Source of the DNA: Candidatus Kapaibacterium sp.
Lineage (GTDB): Bacteria; Bacteroidota; Ignavibacteria; Kapaibacteriales; UBA2268
NCBI GenBank assembly: GCA_963678775.2
Contig: CAXXGR010000003.1
Location: 554 to 64,553 of the forward strand
Length of the DNA stretch: 64,000 bases
Reading direction: 5' to 3'
Positions 19,613 through 30,806 of this stretch are shown here, piece after piece; the stretch's first letter is position 1, and every line of letters begins with the position of its first letter. A program made the translations under genes and the position numbers. Below the pieces are notes generated by a model. That model made no database searches, was not told where the DNA came from, and worked only from the letters and a program-made list of their open reading frames with translations.

Positions 19613-20485
19613 TTAACCATTCCTTTTTTTCTGAATTGTTTCATATATCCTGTATATACCCCACCCTACTAATGGCAATAGCCAAAACTTCATCATAGTC
19701 TGATAACGAGGAATGGCGAAGAATATAAATGCTATGAAACTATGATACAGTAACATAGTATACTCTATTTTAAATGCTGATATCTTAGATTTTACTCCAC
19801 CCCAAATTGCGAGGCCTAACATTAGAAACCAAGGTACCATATAAAGCGGATGTTGTGCTTGAGTGCTATAAGGATAATAGTACCAAAGATGACAGAGTTT
19901 TGTAAAACCGGATGTAAACGCTTGAACAGGGTCATTTTTGATTTGAGATATTGCTTCTTGTTTATGTAATTCGATATAGTCAAGCTCATATTGCGCCGAA
20001 AATTTCACTTCAGATTTTAAAGAATCCATTCTGTCATCTGCCCATGCTCCCGGATATATAGGATTATAAGCACGATAGAGATTAATTCCAAAATTAGTCG
20101 TTAAAGGCACAAATTTGTTTAATACCACGTAATTTCGAATACTCCACGGAGCAAGAAATGCAAAAGAAATAGTGATATAAATAATCATCTTTTTGGCACT
20201 TGAGTTTTTCAATATTATAAAACCCATAATCAATATCATAAGTGCTACTTCGGAGCGAAACAGAAGCATAATTCCGCTTATAACTGCGATTGAAACTATA
20301 TCAGATAATTTATACGAGCTCCTAATCGAGAAAAAATATAATATATATGCTATAAACAGATGATATAGATTTGTGTTAACAAGTGCGGATGAGGCAAATA
20401 TAAACTCCGGTAACAAAGCAGCAACTAAGGCTGCAGCATAAGCTGAGATTTCATTAAATCTATGACTGACTGCTTTATAAAGCAA
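19613..20485 (-). CDS. C-terminal part of a GT39/ArnT-like membrane glycosyltransferase (frameshifted gene)
   Basis: It is a polytopic membrane protein. It continues the N-terminal fragment 20425-20805 after a 1-nt frame change, and an in-frame TGA sits immediately upstream of 20485. Confidence 0.55.
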   Translation of the reverse strand: MLYKAVSHRFNEISAYAAALVAALLPEFIFASSALVNTNLYHLFIAYILYFFSIRSSYKLSDIVSIAVISGIMLLFRSEVALMILIMGFIILKNSSAKKMIIYITISFAFLAPWSIRNYVVLNKFVPLTTNFGINLYRAYNPIYPGAWADDRMDSLKSEVKFSAQYELDYIELHKQEAISQIKNDPVQAFTSGFTKLCHLWYYYPYSTQAQHPLYMVPWFLMLGLAIWGGVKSKISAFKIEYTMLLYHSFIAFIFFAIPRYQTMMKFWLLPLVGWGIYRIYETIQKKRNG

Positions 20486-20805
20486 TCAACAGAAAATCCG
20501 GCTATTGCATGATTAATAATCAAATATAAAGCATTTCTAAGTATTACATTTTTGATTAAAAAAAAAGGAACTGTGTAAAACACTGCTCCCACAGGCATAT
20601 AAGCACCATTTGCAAATTCTCCGGGATTTGACGGATTAGAGAAAAAAGAAAATCCGTTCCCATTTATAATATTTTGAGCAATTGTTCCATACTCATAATA
20701 ATTAATATCCTGAAAACTATTCAAAACAAAGGATGCAATCAGTCTGATAATAAATGCAATCATAAATAATATTATACTTTTTTTGCTTATATCTTTTATA
20801 TTCAT
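20425..20805 (-). CDS. N-terminal part of the same GT39/ArnT-like glycosyltransferase
   Basis: N-terminal TM helix followed by YYEYGTIAQNIINGNGFSF, a motif style seen in ArnT/PMT-like enzymes. It overlaps the C-terminal fragment in another frame. Confidence 0.5.
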   Translation of the reverse strand: MNIKDISKKSIILFMIAFIIRLIASFVLNSFQDINYYEYGTIAQNIINGNGFSFFSNPSNPGEFANGAYMPVGAVFYTVPFFLIKNVILRNALYLIINHAIAGFSVDCFIKQSVIDLMKSQLMLQP

Positions 20806-20854
20806 TTGGATTAGAGTATTTTGTAGATAATAATGACTTAATTTACAACTTTAA

Positions 20855-22216
20855 GTGCCAAATATGAAAATAAAAAAGATATTTGTCTGCAATGAGTGCG
20901 GTGCGAAGTCTCCAAGATGGATAGGCAAATGCCCTGAATGCAGCTCTTGGAATACTTATGAAGAGCAGATGGAATCCAAAGGTAAAACTGGAGCTGTAAG
21001 CTCTCTAAGATCTGACTCGCAAATATACAAACTCGCGGATGTATCTACTGAAGAAAATTATCGGATATTGAGCGGTATTAAAGAGTTAGATAGAGTACTC
21101 GGAGGTGGAATTATCCCAGGTTCTTTAGTCTTAGCAGGCGGAGATCCCGGCATTGGTAAATCGACTCTAATGTTGCAGATGTGCGGAGGTATAAAAGACT
21201 TTGCCCCTTTATATGTTACCGGTGAGGAATCGCTACAGCAAATAAAGTTTAGAGCAAGCCGCATTAAAGGAATTGACGAAGACATGCTGATACTTGCAGA
21301 AACTAACTTAGAGCAAATAATTTATCATATCAACGCAACAGATAGCCGAGTAATTATAATAGATTCTATACAGTCGGTTCATTCAGAAAAGATAGAAGCT
21401 ACTCCGGGGAGCGTAGTGCAGATAAGAGAATGTACCTCTGCTTTGATGCAAGTAGCCAAACAGTCTAATAAAGCTATTTTTATAATTGGTCATGTAACTA
21501 AGGAAGGCGTAATCGCCGGACCAAAAATATTAGAGCACATGGTAGATACCGTACTACAGTTCGAAGGCGAAAAAACATATTCTTACAGAATACTTCGAGC
21601 CATCAAAAATAGATTTGGGTCTACGAATGAAATAGGCATTTTCGACATGAGCGATGCCGGACTAAGAGAAGTTAGCAATCCATCGGAAATATTTCTTTCT
21701 TCGCGAGAAGGTCAGGAAGCCGGAACTTCTATTGTAGCAGCGATGGAAGGTTCACGTCCCTTACTGTTAGAAGTGCAGGCTCTGGTAACTCCTACAAGCT
21801 ATGGCGTGCCTCAAAGGACTTCGAATGGCTACGACCTGCGCCGACTTCAGATGGTATTAGCTGTCTTGGAAAAGAGACTGGGAGCGCAGTTCCAAAAGAA
21901 CGATGTGTTCGTTAATATCACAGGTGGCATTTCACTAAGTGATACATCAGTAGACCTTGGAGTGGCAGCTGCTTTGATAAGTTCACTGCGAGACGAAGCA
22001 ATAGATTCCCTTAATGTTATTATTGGAGAGATAGGTCTAACCGGAGAGGTCAGAAACGTATCTAATATTGAGAGAAGAATAAGTGAATGCGAGAAATTGG
22101 GCTTTAAATCTGTAATGATTCCGGAGAACAGTGTAAGTAAACTAAGTAAAAAATTTGATATTAAACTGTTACCTACTGCAAGGATTTCATTAGCACTATC
22201 AACATTATTTGGCTAA
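20855..22216 (+). CDS. radA: DNA repair protein RadA
   Basis: Zinc finger CNECGAKSPRWIGKCPEC, Walker A GDPGIGKST, KNRFG motif and a Lon-like C-terminal domain. The likely ATG start is at 20864. Confidence 0.95.
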   Translation: MPNMKIKKIFVCNECGAKSPRWIGKCPECSSWNTYEEQMESKGKTGAVSSLRSDSQIYKLADVSTEENYRILSGIKELDRVLGGGIIPGSLVLAGGDPGIGKSTLMLQMCGGIKDFAPLYVTGEESLQQIKFRASRIKGIDEDMLILAETNLEQIIYHINATDSRVIIIDSIQSVHSEKIEATPGSVVQIRECTSALMQVAKQSNKAIFIIGHVTKEGVIAGPKILEHMVDTVLQFEGEKTYSYRILRAIKNRFGSTNEIGIFDMSDAGLREVSNPSEIFLSSREGQEAGTSIVAAMEGSRPLLLEVQALVTPTSYGVPQRTSNGYDLRRLQMVLAVLEKRLGAQFQKNDVFVNITGGISLSDTSVDLGVAAALISSLRDEAIDSLNVIIGEIGLTGEVRNVSNIERRISECEKLGFKSVMIPENSVSKLSKKFDIKLLPTARISLALSTLFG

Positions 22217-22321
22217 GATAGCTTTTTTTTTGATATATTAGTTATCATGGCAGAAATAAATATTTATTATTGTTGTCAATAGTTATAGAATAAAAATATC
22301 TTAGAAAATCGGACAATTTAG

Positions 22322-25002
<2,681 letters not shown>

Positions 25003-25017
25003 TATTTAAAGGATACC

Positions 25018-27108
25018 ATGAATAAAATACTCCTAGCTTTACTTATATTAGCTATATCAGTTCCTTCACTGTCAGCGAAGAGACCATCTTTTCCTCCTAA
25101 AGAAGATCCTCACCAGAGAGAGGAATGGCTACGCTCAACTTATATTAGCCCTGAAAATGAAAAAAATATTCCTGAAAACATTGATGAGTTGCAGCGAAAC
25201 TTTGCTAAATCATTACCTACTGCCTCCGAAGGATACTATGCAAAAGGTTCTACGATACAGTCTCAAACTTGGCTAAATGCAGGTCCGAATAATATCGGTG
25301 GTAGAACTCGTGCGGTAGCTTTTGACGTTAACAATCCTAATATTCTAATAGCAGGTGGCGTTTCAGGTGGTATTTGGCGTTCTGTAGATGGTGGTAATTC
25401 ATGGGTACAAACCACAGGAAAAAAAGAAATTCCTTCTGTTACGACTATCGTACAGGATAAAAGACCGGGTAAAAACAATATTTGGTATTTTGCAGGTGGT
25501 GAAGTATTAGGTAACTCTGCAGGACAAAGCAAAGGAACTACTTTTCTTGGGAATGGGATATCTAAATCTACTGATAATGGTTTGACTTGGAAGCCTCTGG
25601 AATCTACAACTATAGGTTCTGAAGCAGGCGTATTCGGACGTATTTACAGATTAGTTTTAGACCATACAAATCAAGATAAAAGTATTATTTATGCAGCTTG
25701 CTACGGTGCTATACTAAGATCTGAAGACGGTGGTGACACATGGGAAACTGTCTTAGGCAACTCGGCAAATATCAATAGAGGTCCTCGTTACACAGATTTA
25801 GTTATTAATGATAGCGGAACTTTATACGTTAGCCTTAGTAGTAACTCAGATTCTAATCAATCCGGGTTTTTCCGTTCAACTAATGGTAAAGACTGGGAGA
25901 ATATTACTCCTGACGAGCTAACCGGCAACTACACTCGCACGGTAATAGCAGCAGCTCCGGGCGATATGGATTTAGTATATTTCCTAACTATGCACTATGG
26001 TAGCGGCGGAGTGTATTGCCCTGACGAGTCTTCCGGTTGCCACACTCTACTGGCAATGGAATATAATGATGGAGCTGAATGGTATGATCTATCAGAAAAC
26101 TTACCATACATGAAAATTAAATATATCACCGGAGTTTATAACTCTCAGAGTGGATATGATATGTGCATAGCTATTAAACCTGATAATCCGGATGTGGTTA
26201 TTATTGGCGGCACCAACATTTATGTATCTGATTACGCATTCTTTGATTCAGACAATACTCAGTGGGTTGCAGGTTATAATCCAAATTACAACCCTTATGT
26301 TTATAGTGACCCATCTGTAAAATGGTTAGACATTATCAGCGAATGGCGTAACATGATGTTCCCTACAGGTGGTTGGGATTTCCATACTATAGTATTTCAT
26401 CCAACTAACCCAAATATAGTACTTACAGGTAGCGATCATGGCATTCACCGCTTAAATAATTTGGAAGAATCTATAGACAATGAAGAGTTTACTTGGGATG
26501 ATTTGAATAATGGCTATAACACCACTCAGTTTTATGATTGTAGCATCCACCCTACTGAGGCAGGCAATGAAACAATTGTCGGGGGCATGCAGGATAATGG
26601 AACGTGGGCTACTTTCACTTCATCTGTAATGTTTGATGAGATGACAGGAGGTGATGGTATGCATTCTACAATCAATGAAAACGGTGACATATTAGTATCT
26701 TCTCAATCCGGAAACATTATGCGATTGATTTACGAAGACGACGAAATGGTAGATGGGTATAACTTTGCACCACAGAGTGACTTGGGTGTTTCTTTTGCAT
26801 TTTACAATCCATTTGAAATAAATCCAAATGACACAAAAGCAATAGCTATGGGTGCAGCCACGGGCTATGTATACTGTAGTGACTATACTAATGAAAGCGC
26901 AGCATCATATAATTGGTATTTTAGAGATTTGGGATATGTGAATGTAACAAATGTAGCCTTTAGTACAACTCCGGCAAATGTCTTGTACTTAGGTACAAAT
27001 TATGATGGTCTCTATAGAATTACAGATGTTACTAATTCAAACAGCACTGCTGAAAAAATCTCTTACCCCAGCGAAGTGAATTATGCTTACACTGCTGATT
27101 GTGGGTAG
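25018..27108 (+). CDS. BNR/Asp-box beta-propeller secreted protein, paralog 1, N-terminal 696 codons (frameshifted)
   Basis: Signal peptide and Asp-boxes SVDGGNSW, STDNGLTW, SEDGGDTW. It is collinear with paralogs 2 and 3 up to ...YTAD, then stops. Confidence 0.8.
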   Translation: MNKILLALLILAISVPSLSAKRPSFPPKEDPHQREEWLRSTYISPENEKNIPENIDELQRNFAKSLPTASEGYYAKGSTIQSQTWLNAGPNNIGGRTRAVAFDVNNPNILIAGGVSGGIWRSVDGGNSWVQTTGKKEIPSVTTIVQDKRPGKNNIWYFAGGEVLGNSAGQSKGTTFLGNGISKSTDNGLTWKPLESTTIGSEAGVFGRIYRLVLDHTNQDKSIIYAACYGAILRSEDGGDTWETVLGNSANINRGPRYTDLVINDSGTLYVSLSSNSDSNQSGFFRSTNGKDWENITPDELTGNYTRTVIAAAPGDMDLVYFLTMHYGSGGVYCPDESSGCHTLLAMEYNDGAEWYDLSENLPYMKIKYITGVYNSQSGYDMCIAIKPDNPDVVIIGGTNIYVSDYAFFDSDNTQWVAGYNPNYNPYVYSDPSVKWLDIISEWRNMMFPTGGWDFHTIVFHPTNPNIVLTGSDHGIHRLNNLEESIDNEEFTWDDLNNGYNTTQFYDCSIHPTEAGNETIVGGMQDNGTWATFTSSVMFDEMTGGDGMHSTINENGDILVSSQSGNIMRLIYEDDEMVDGYNFAPQSDLGVSFAFYNPFEINPNDTKAIAMGAATGYVYCSDYTNESAASYNWYFRDLGYVNVTNVAFSTTPANVLYLGTNYDGLYRITDVTNSNSTAEKISYPSEVNYAYTADCG

Positions 27109-27776
27109 ATCCTAACGATGCAGATCATTTGATTAGTATACTCTCTAACTATAATTCAATGAGTATCCTTGAAACTTATGATGCAGGCGACTCTTGGACT
27201 AATCATGGTGGTAATCTGGAAGAAAATGAAAATGGAAGCGGAAACGGACCTTCAGTTAGAGCGTATGCTCGTTTAAAGATGGATGATGGAGGTGCAGTAC
27301 ATTTTGTAGGTACTTCAGCCGGACTTTACTCTACCAGAAATCTTGATGGAGCTAATACAGTTTGGGTTCGTGAAGGTGAAAACACAATTGGCATGGCAGT
27401 TGTATCTCAGATTCATGCACGACAGTCTGATGGGAGAATAGTTGTGTCTACTCACGGAAACGGAGTATTCAAAACAAACTATGCTACTTCGATAGATGAG
27501 TTTGATGCACATTCTTTAGGTTTTGTAGTTTCAGAAGTGTATCCTAATCCTGCTTCTCAGCAGATTAACTTCGTTCTGAACTCTGATGTCAATGCTTTTG
27601 TTGAAGCTAAGCTGTTAGATATACAAGGCAAAGAAGTGGCTAATATTCTTTCTGAAGAGTTTACAGGTACAAAAAGAGTTGCTTTTAATGCCAGTCACTT
27701 ATCTGCTGGTACTTATTTCTTGCATATTAGTGATGGTACTCATTTTGTTACTAAGAAAGTAAATGTAGTTAGATAA
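27099..27776 (+). CDS. Paralog 1, C-terminal 225 codons including the T9SS sorting domain
   Basis: It begins LWVDPNDADH, matching DLWIDPQDNMH in paralog 3. It ends with VYPNPASQQINF...FLHISDGTHFVTKKVNVVR (T9SS CTD). Confidence 0.8.
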   Translation: MWVDPNDADHLISILSNYNSMSILETYDAGDSWTNHGGNLEENENGSGNGPSVRAYARLKMDDGGAVHFVGTSAGLYSTRNLDGANTVWVREGENTIGMAVVSQIHARQSDGRIVVSTHGNGVFKTNYATSIDEFDAHSLGFVVSEVYPNPASQQINFVLNSDVNAFVEAKLLDIQGKEVANILSEEFTGTKRVAFNASHLSAGTYFLHISDGTHFVTKKVNVVR

Positions 27777-27799
27777 AATATAGATAAATATCTTAAATA

Positions 27800-27833
27800 A
27801 AAGCGCAAATTTCAAATATTTTGCGCTTTTTTT
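27800..27833 (+). terminator. Terminator of paralog 1
   Basis: AAAGCGCAAA / TTTGCGCTTT stem followed by a T-run. Confidence 0.75.
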
Positions 27834-27840
27834 ATATCAG

Positions 27841-27860
27841 AATACCAATGTCTTGGTATT
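27841..27860. promoter_or_regulatory. Perfect palindrome AATACCAA-TGTC-TTGGTATT upstream of paralog 2 (candidate operator)
   Basis: 8-bp arms with a 4-nt spacer, 58 nt upstream of the ATG. It is duplicated at 30730-30749. Confidence 0.35.
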
Positions 27861-27917
27861 AAATAAAAATTCTCATATCTTTACTTATTATTCTATTCCA
27901 CTTTATTAGGGTGCGTT

Positions 27918-30665
27918 ATGATACTTCGTTATTTAACTATTTTATTTGTATTTATATCAATCAGTTCAGCTTTAGCAGAATCTGAGTTTGAAGATCCTCA
28001 AGCCAGAAATCAGTGGTTAGAATCTACTTACCGAAATGAAAATGTCGATATACCCCAAGATTTTAAAATTAGGCAAGAAAAGCTCTCCAACTCTCTACCT
28101 AATGCCTCAGAAGGGTTATTCACTAAGGGAAGTCAAATCAGTTCTCAGACTTGGATGCATGCAGGTCCTAATAATGTAGGTGGCAGGACGAGAGCCGTAG
28201 AATATGATAGGACTAATCCTGACATTATAATTGCAGGTGGCGTGTCCGGTGGCATTTGGCGTTCTGTTGACGGTGGAGCTTCGTGGGTACAAACCACTGG
28301 TATACATGAAATACCTACTGTAACAGCAATAATTCAAGATCCTCGACCTGGTAAAAATAACAATTGGTACTGTGCAGGCGGTGAGCTTAGGGGAAGTTCT
28401 GCTTCTATGAACTATTCAGCTGACTATTCAGGAAATGGAATTTATAAATCTATTGATAATGGATTTACATGGGAGAGTTATGGGATCACTGGTGATAATC
28501 TTCCACAAGTAGGATTTAGATTGGATTATGTTTACAGGTTGGCAATGGATCCAAATAAATTAGATGAAGATGTATTATATGCTGCCTGCGAAGGCAATAT
28601 TGTAACTATATCTAACGATGGTAAGAAATTGGAATCAACTTTAGATTTGGACAATTTTGATTTTTATAATTTAAGCACAGATATTTTAATTACTCCAAGC
28701 GGAAAGTTCTTTGTTACCTTAAGTTATGCATCTAAATACAGCAACATAGAAACAACGCATTCAGGTGTTTTTTATTCTGAAGATGGTAAACATTGGGAAG
28801 ACGTAAGTCCTGAAACATTACAACCATCATATAGAATAGTGATGGACTATGCAGAATCAAATGATGACATTGTATACTTTTTAAGTTCTAATATTCCTGA
28901 TTTATCAACTAATTGCAATCCTGATATATTAGGATGTATGTCTATATTTAAATTAAATCATACTGATAATACTTTTGAGTGGAGCGATTTTAGCAAAAAT
29001 ATGCCTTACTTTGAAGCAAAACATGTTAATAATACCATTAACCCGCAACAAGAATATTGTATGACAATTGCAGTATCTCCGATTGATACAAATACAGTAC
29101 TTTTAGCTGGAACAAATTGCTTTATTTCTTACAACGGTTTTTCAAATAGCGATAGTAGCGCTTGGATTGGTGGATTTAATCCTAAATATGATGGCAATGT
29201 TTGGAATGATACTACCAAAACTTTACAAGAAATATATCAGTACGAACTTAAAATGATGCATCCAAACAGTGGATGGGATTATCATTGGTTTACTTTTAAT
29301 CCTGATAATCCAAATGAAGTTATTTCCGCTTCTGATCATGGCTTGCATAAACTGGCTGATATTTCATACAATGCTCCCAAAGAGTGGACTGACTTAAATA
29401 ATGGTTATTGCACTACTCAATTTTACGATTGCGCAATAAATAGAAAGGAAGCTGGTAATAATGCTATAATAGGTGGCACGCAAGACAATGGTACTTTATG
29501 CAATTTTTTCAATACTCTGTCCTTTAATAAATACTGGGGAGGCGATGGTTTTACATCTTATATTACTGAAGATAATAATATAATATTTTGTGATAATGTC
29601 AATATATTTCGATTGCAATTATACCAAGGTCAACCTGTCAGCGGTTCTATATTATCAATACCCTCTACAGAAAACAATACTTATGGAGTACAGTTTAATA
29701 CACAGTATGCCATTAATCCATATAACGAGAAAGAACTTACTGTTGCAACAGCAAAAGTGATAGCTTATGTAAAAGATATTAGTATTATTAATGCATATAA
29801 TTACTATGAGTATCACTTTATAGATGACTTAGAGACATCTTGTATTAAGTATCTTGCTCCAACTCATAATGGAGTTTTGATAGGTACCAGAAATAAAAGG
29901 CTTATTAAAGTTAATGATTTATCAAAAGATAATTTCTCGTATGATATAATTAGTTTGCCTGATTTTGTTACAGGTAACTTTGTTTCAGATGTTTGGGCAG
30001 ATCCGCAAGATGTTAATCATTTTATTGCTATAGTTTCTAATTATTTGTCGCTAGGTATGTTAGAAACATATGACAATGGAGAAACTTGGACTGACCATGG
30101 TGGAAATCTTGAAGAATTCCCTGATGGCACGGGTTCAGGTCACTCTTTCAGAGTTTATAATAAAATGGTTTATGAAGGCGACACATTGCATCTTCTTGGA
30201 ACTTCTGACGGACTTTTTTCTACTAAAAAATTGGAAGGAGTAAATACAGTTTGGCTAAGAGAAGGATCAAATACAATAGGCAAAGCTGTTATAGAAGACA
30301 TTGAAGTGCGTGAGCTTGACGGTAGAATAGTTATTGCTACTCATGGGAATGGACTATTCAAAACAAATTATACTACTTCTGTGCAAGACTTCAATGGAGC
30401 TAATCTTGGATTTGTTGTATCTGAAGTATTCCCAAATCCTGCTTCTAATCAGATAAATTTTGTTCTTAACTCTGATAGTAATGCTTTTGTTGAAGCTAAG
30501 CTGTTAGATATGCAAGGCAACGAAGTGGCTAATATTCTTTCTGAAGAGTTTACAGGTACAAAAAAAGTGTGCTATAATACAAGCAGTTTAGCTACTGGCA
30601 CTTACTTCTTGCATATTAGTGATGGAAATCATTTTGTAACTAAGAAAGTAAATATAGTTAGATAA
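27918..30665 (+). CDS. BNR/Asp-box beta-propeller secreted protein with T9SS sorting domain, paralog 2
   Basis: 915 aa with a signal peptide. Asp-boxes SVDGGASW, SIDNGFTW and TYDNGETW. The C-terminal end is VFPNPASNQINF...KKVNIVR. Confidence 0.85.
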   Translation: MILRYLTILFVFISISSALAESEFEDPQARNQWLESTYRNENVDIPQDFKIRQEKLSNSLPNASEGLFTKGSQISSQTWMHAGPNNVGGRTRAVEYDRTNPDIIIAGGVSGGIWRSVDGGASWVQTTGIHEIPTVTAIIQDPRPGKNNNWYCAGGELRGSSASMNYSADYSGNGIYKSIDNGFTWESYGITGDNLPQVGFRLDYVYRLAMDPNKLDEDVLYAACEGNIVTISNDGKKLESTLDLDNFDFYNLSTDILITPSGKFFVTLSYASKYSNIETTHSGVFYSEDGKHWEDVSPETLQPSYRIVMDYAESNDDIVYFLSSNIPDLSTNCNPDILGCMSIFKLNHTDNTFEWSDFSKNMPYFEAKHVNNTINPQQEYCMTIAVSPIDTNTVLLAGTNCFISYNGFSNSDSSAWIGGFNPKYDGNVWNDTTKTLQEIYQYELKMMHPNSGWDYHWFTFNPDNPNEVISASDHGLHKLADISYNAPKEWTDLNNGYCTTQFYDCAINRKEAGNNAIIGGTQDNGTLCNFFNTLSFNKYWGGDGFTSYITEDNNIIFCDNVNIFRLQLYQGQPVSGSILSIPSTENNTYGVQFNTQYAINPYNEKELTVATAKVIAYVKDISIINAYNYYEYHFIDDLETSCIKYLAPTHNGVLIGTRNKRLIKVNDLSKDNFSYDIISLPDFVTGNFVSDVWADPQDVNHFIAIVSNYLSLGMLETYDNGETWTDHGGNLEEFPDGTGSGHSFRVYNKMVYEGDTLHLLGTSDGLFSTKKLEGVNTVWLREGSNTIGKAVIEDIEVRELDGRIVIATHGNGLFKTNYTTSVQDFNGANLGFVVSEVFPNPASNQINFVLNSDSNAFVEAKLLDMQGNEVANILSEEFTGTKKVCYNTSSLATGTYFLHISDGNHFVTKKVNIVR

Positions 30666-30688
30666 AATATAGATAGATATCTTAAATA

Positions 30689-30722
30689 AAAGCGCAAATT
30701 TCAAATATTTTGCGCTTTTTTT
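30689..30722 (+). terminator. Terminator of paralog 2
   Basis: Same hairpin as 27800-27833. Confidence 0.75.
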
Positions 30723-30729
30723 ATATCAG

Positions 30730-30749
30730 AATACCAATGTCTTGGTATT
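30730..30749. promoter_or_regulatory. Second copy of the AATACCAA-TGTC-TTGGTATT palindrome, upstream of paralog 3
   Basis: Identical to 27841-27860. Confidence 0.35.
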
Positions 30750-30806
30750 AAATAAAAATTCTCATATCTTTACTTATTATTCTATTCCACTTTATTAGGG
30801 TGCGTT

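Larger units (their letters stand above)
27777..27997 (+). repeat. Junction repeat copy A (3' flank of paralog 1 plus 5' region and first 80 nt of paralog 2)
   Basis: By direct comparison it is identical to 30666-30886 except for one base (27787 A vs 30676 G). The offset is exactly 2889 nt. Confidence 0.95.

Noticed and set aside
27097-27105. Programmed -1 ribosomal frameshifting at the shared GATTG context (also about 20483-20487).
   Set aside because: There is no X-XXY-YYZ slippery heptamer and no obvious downstream stimulatory structure. Both sites are explained more simply by loss of one T from a TTT run.
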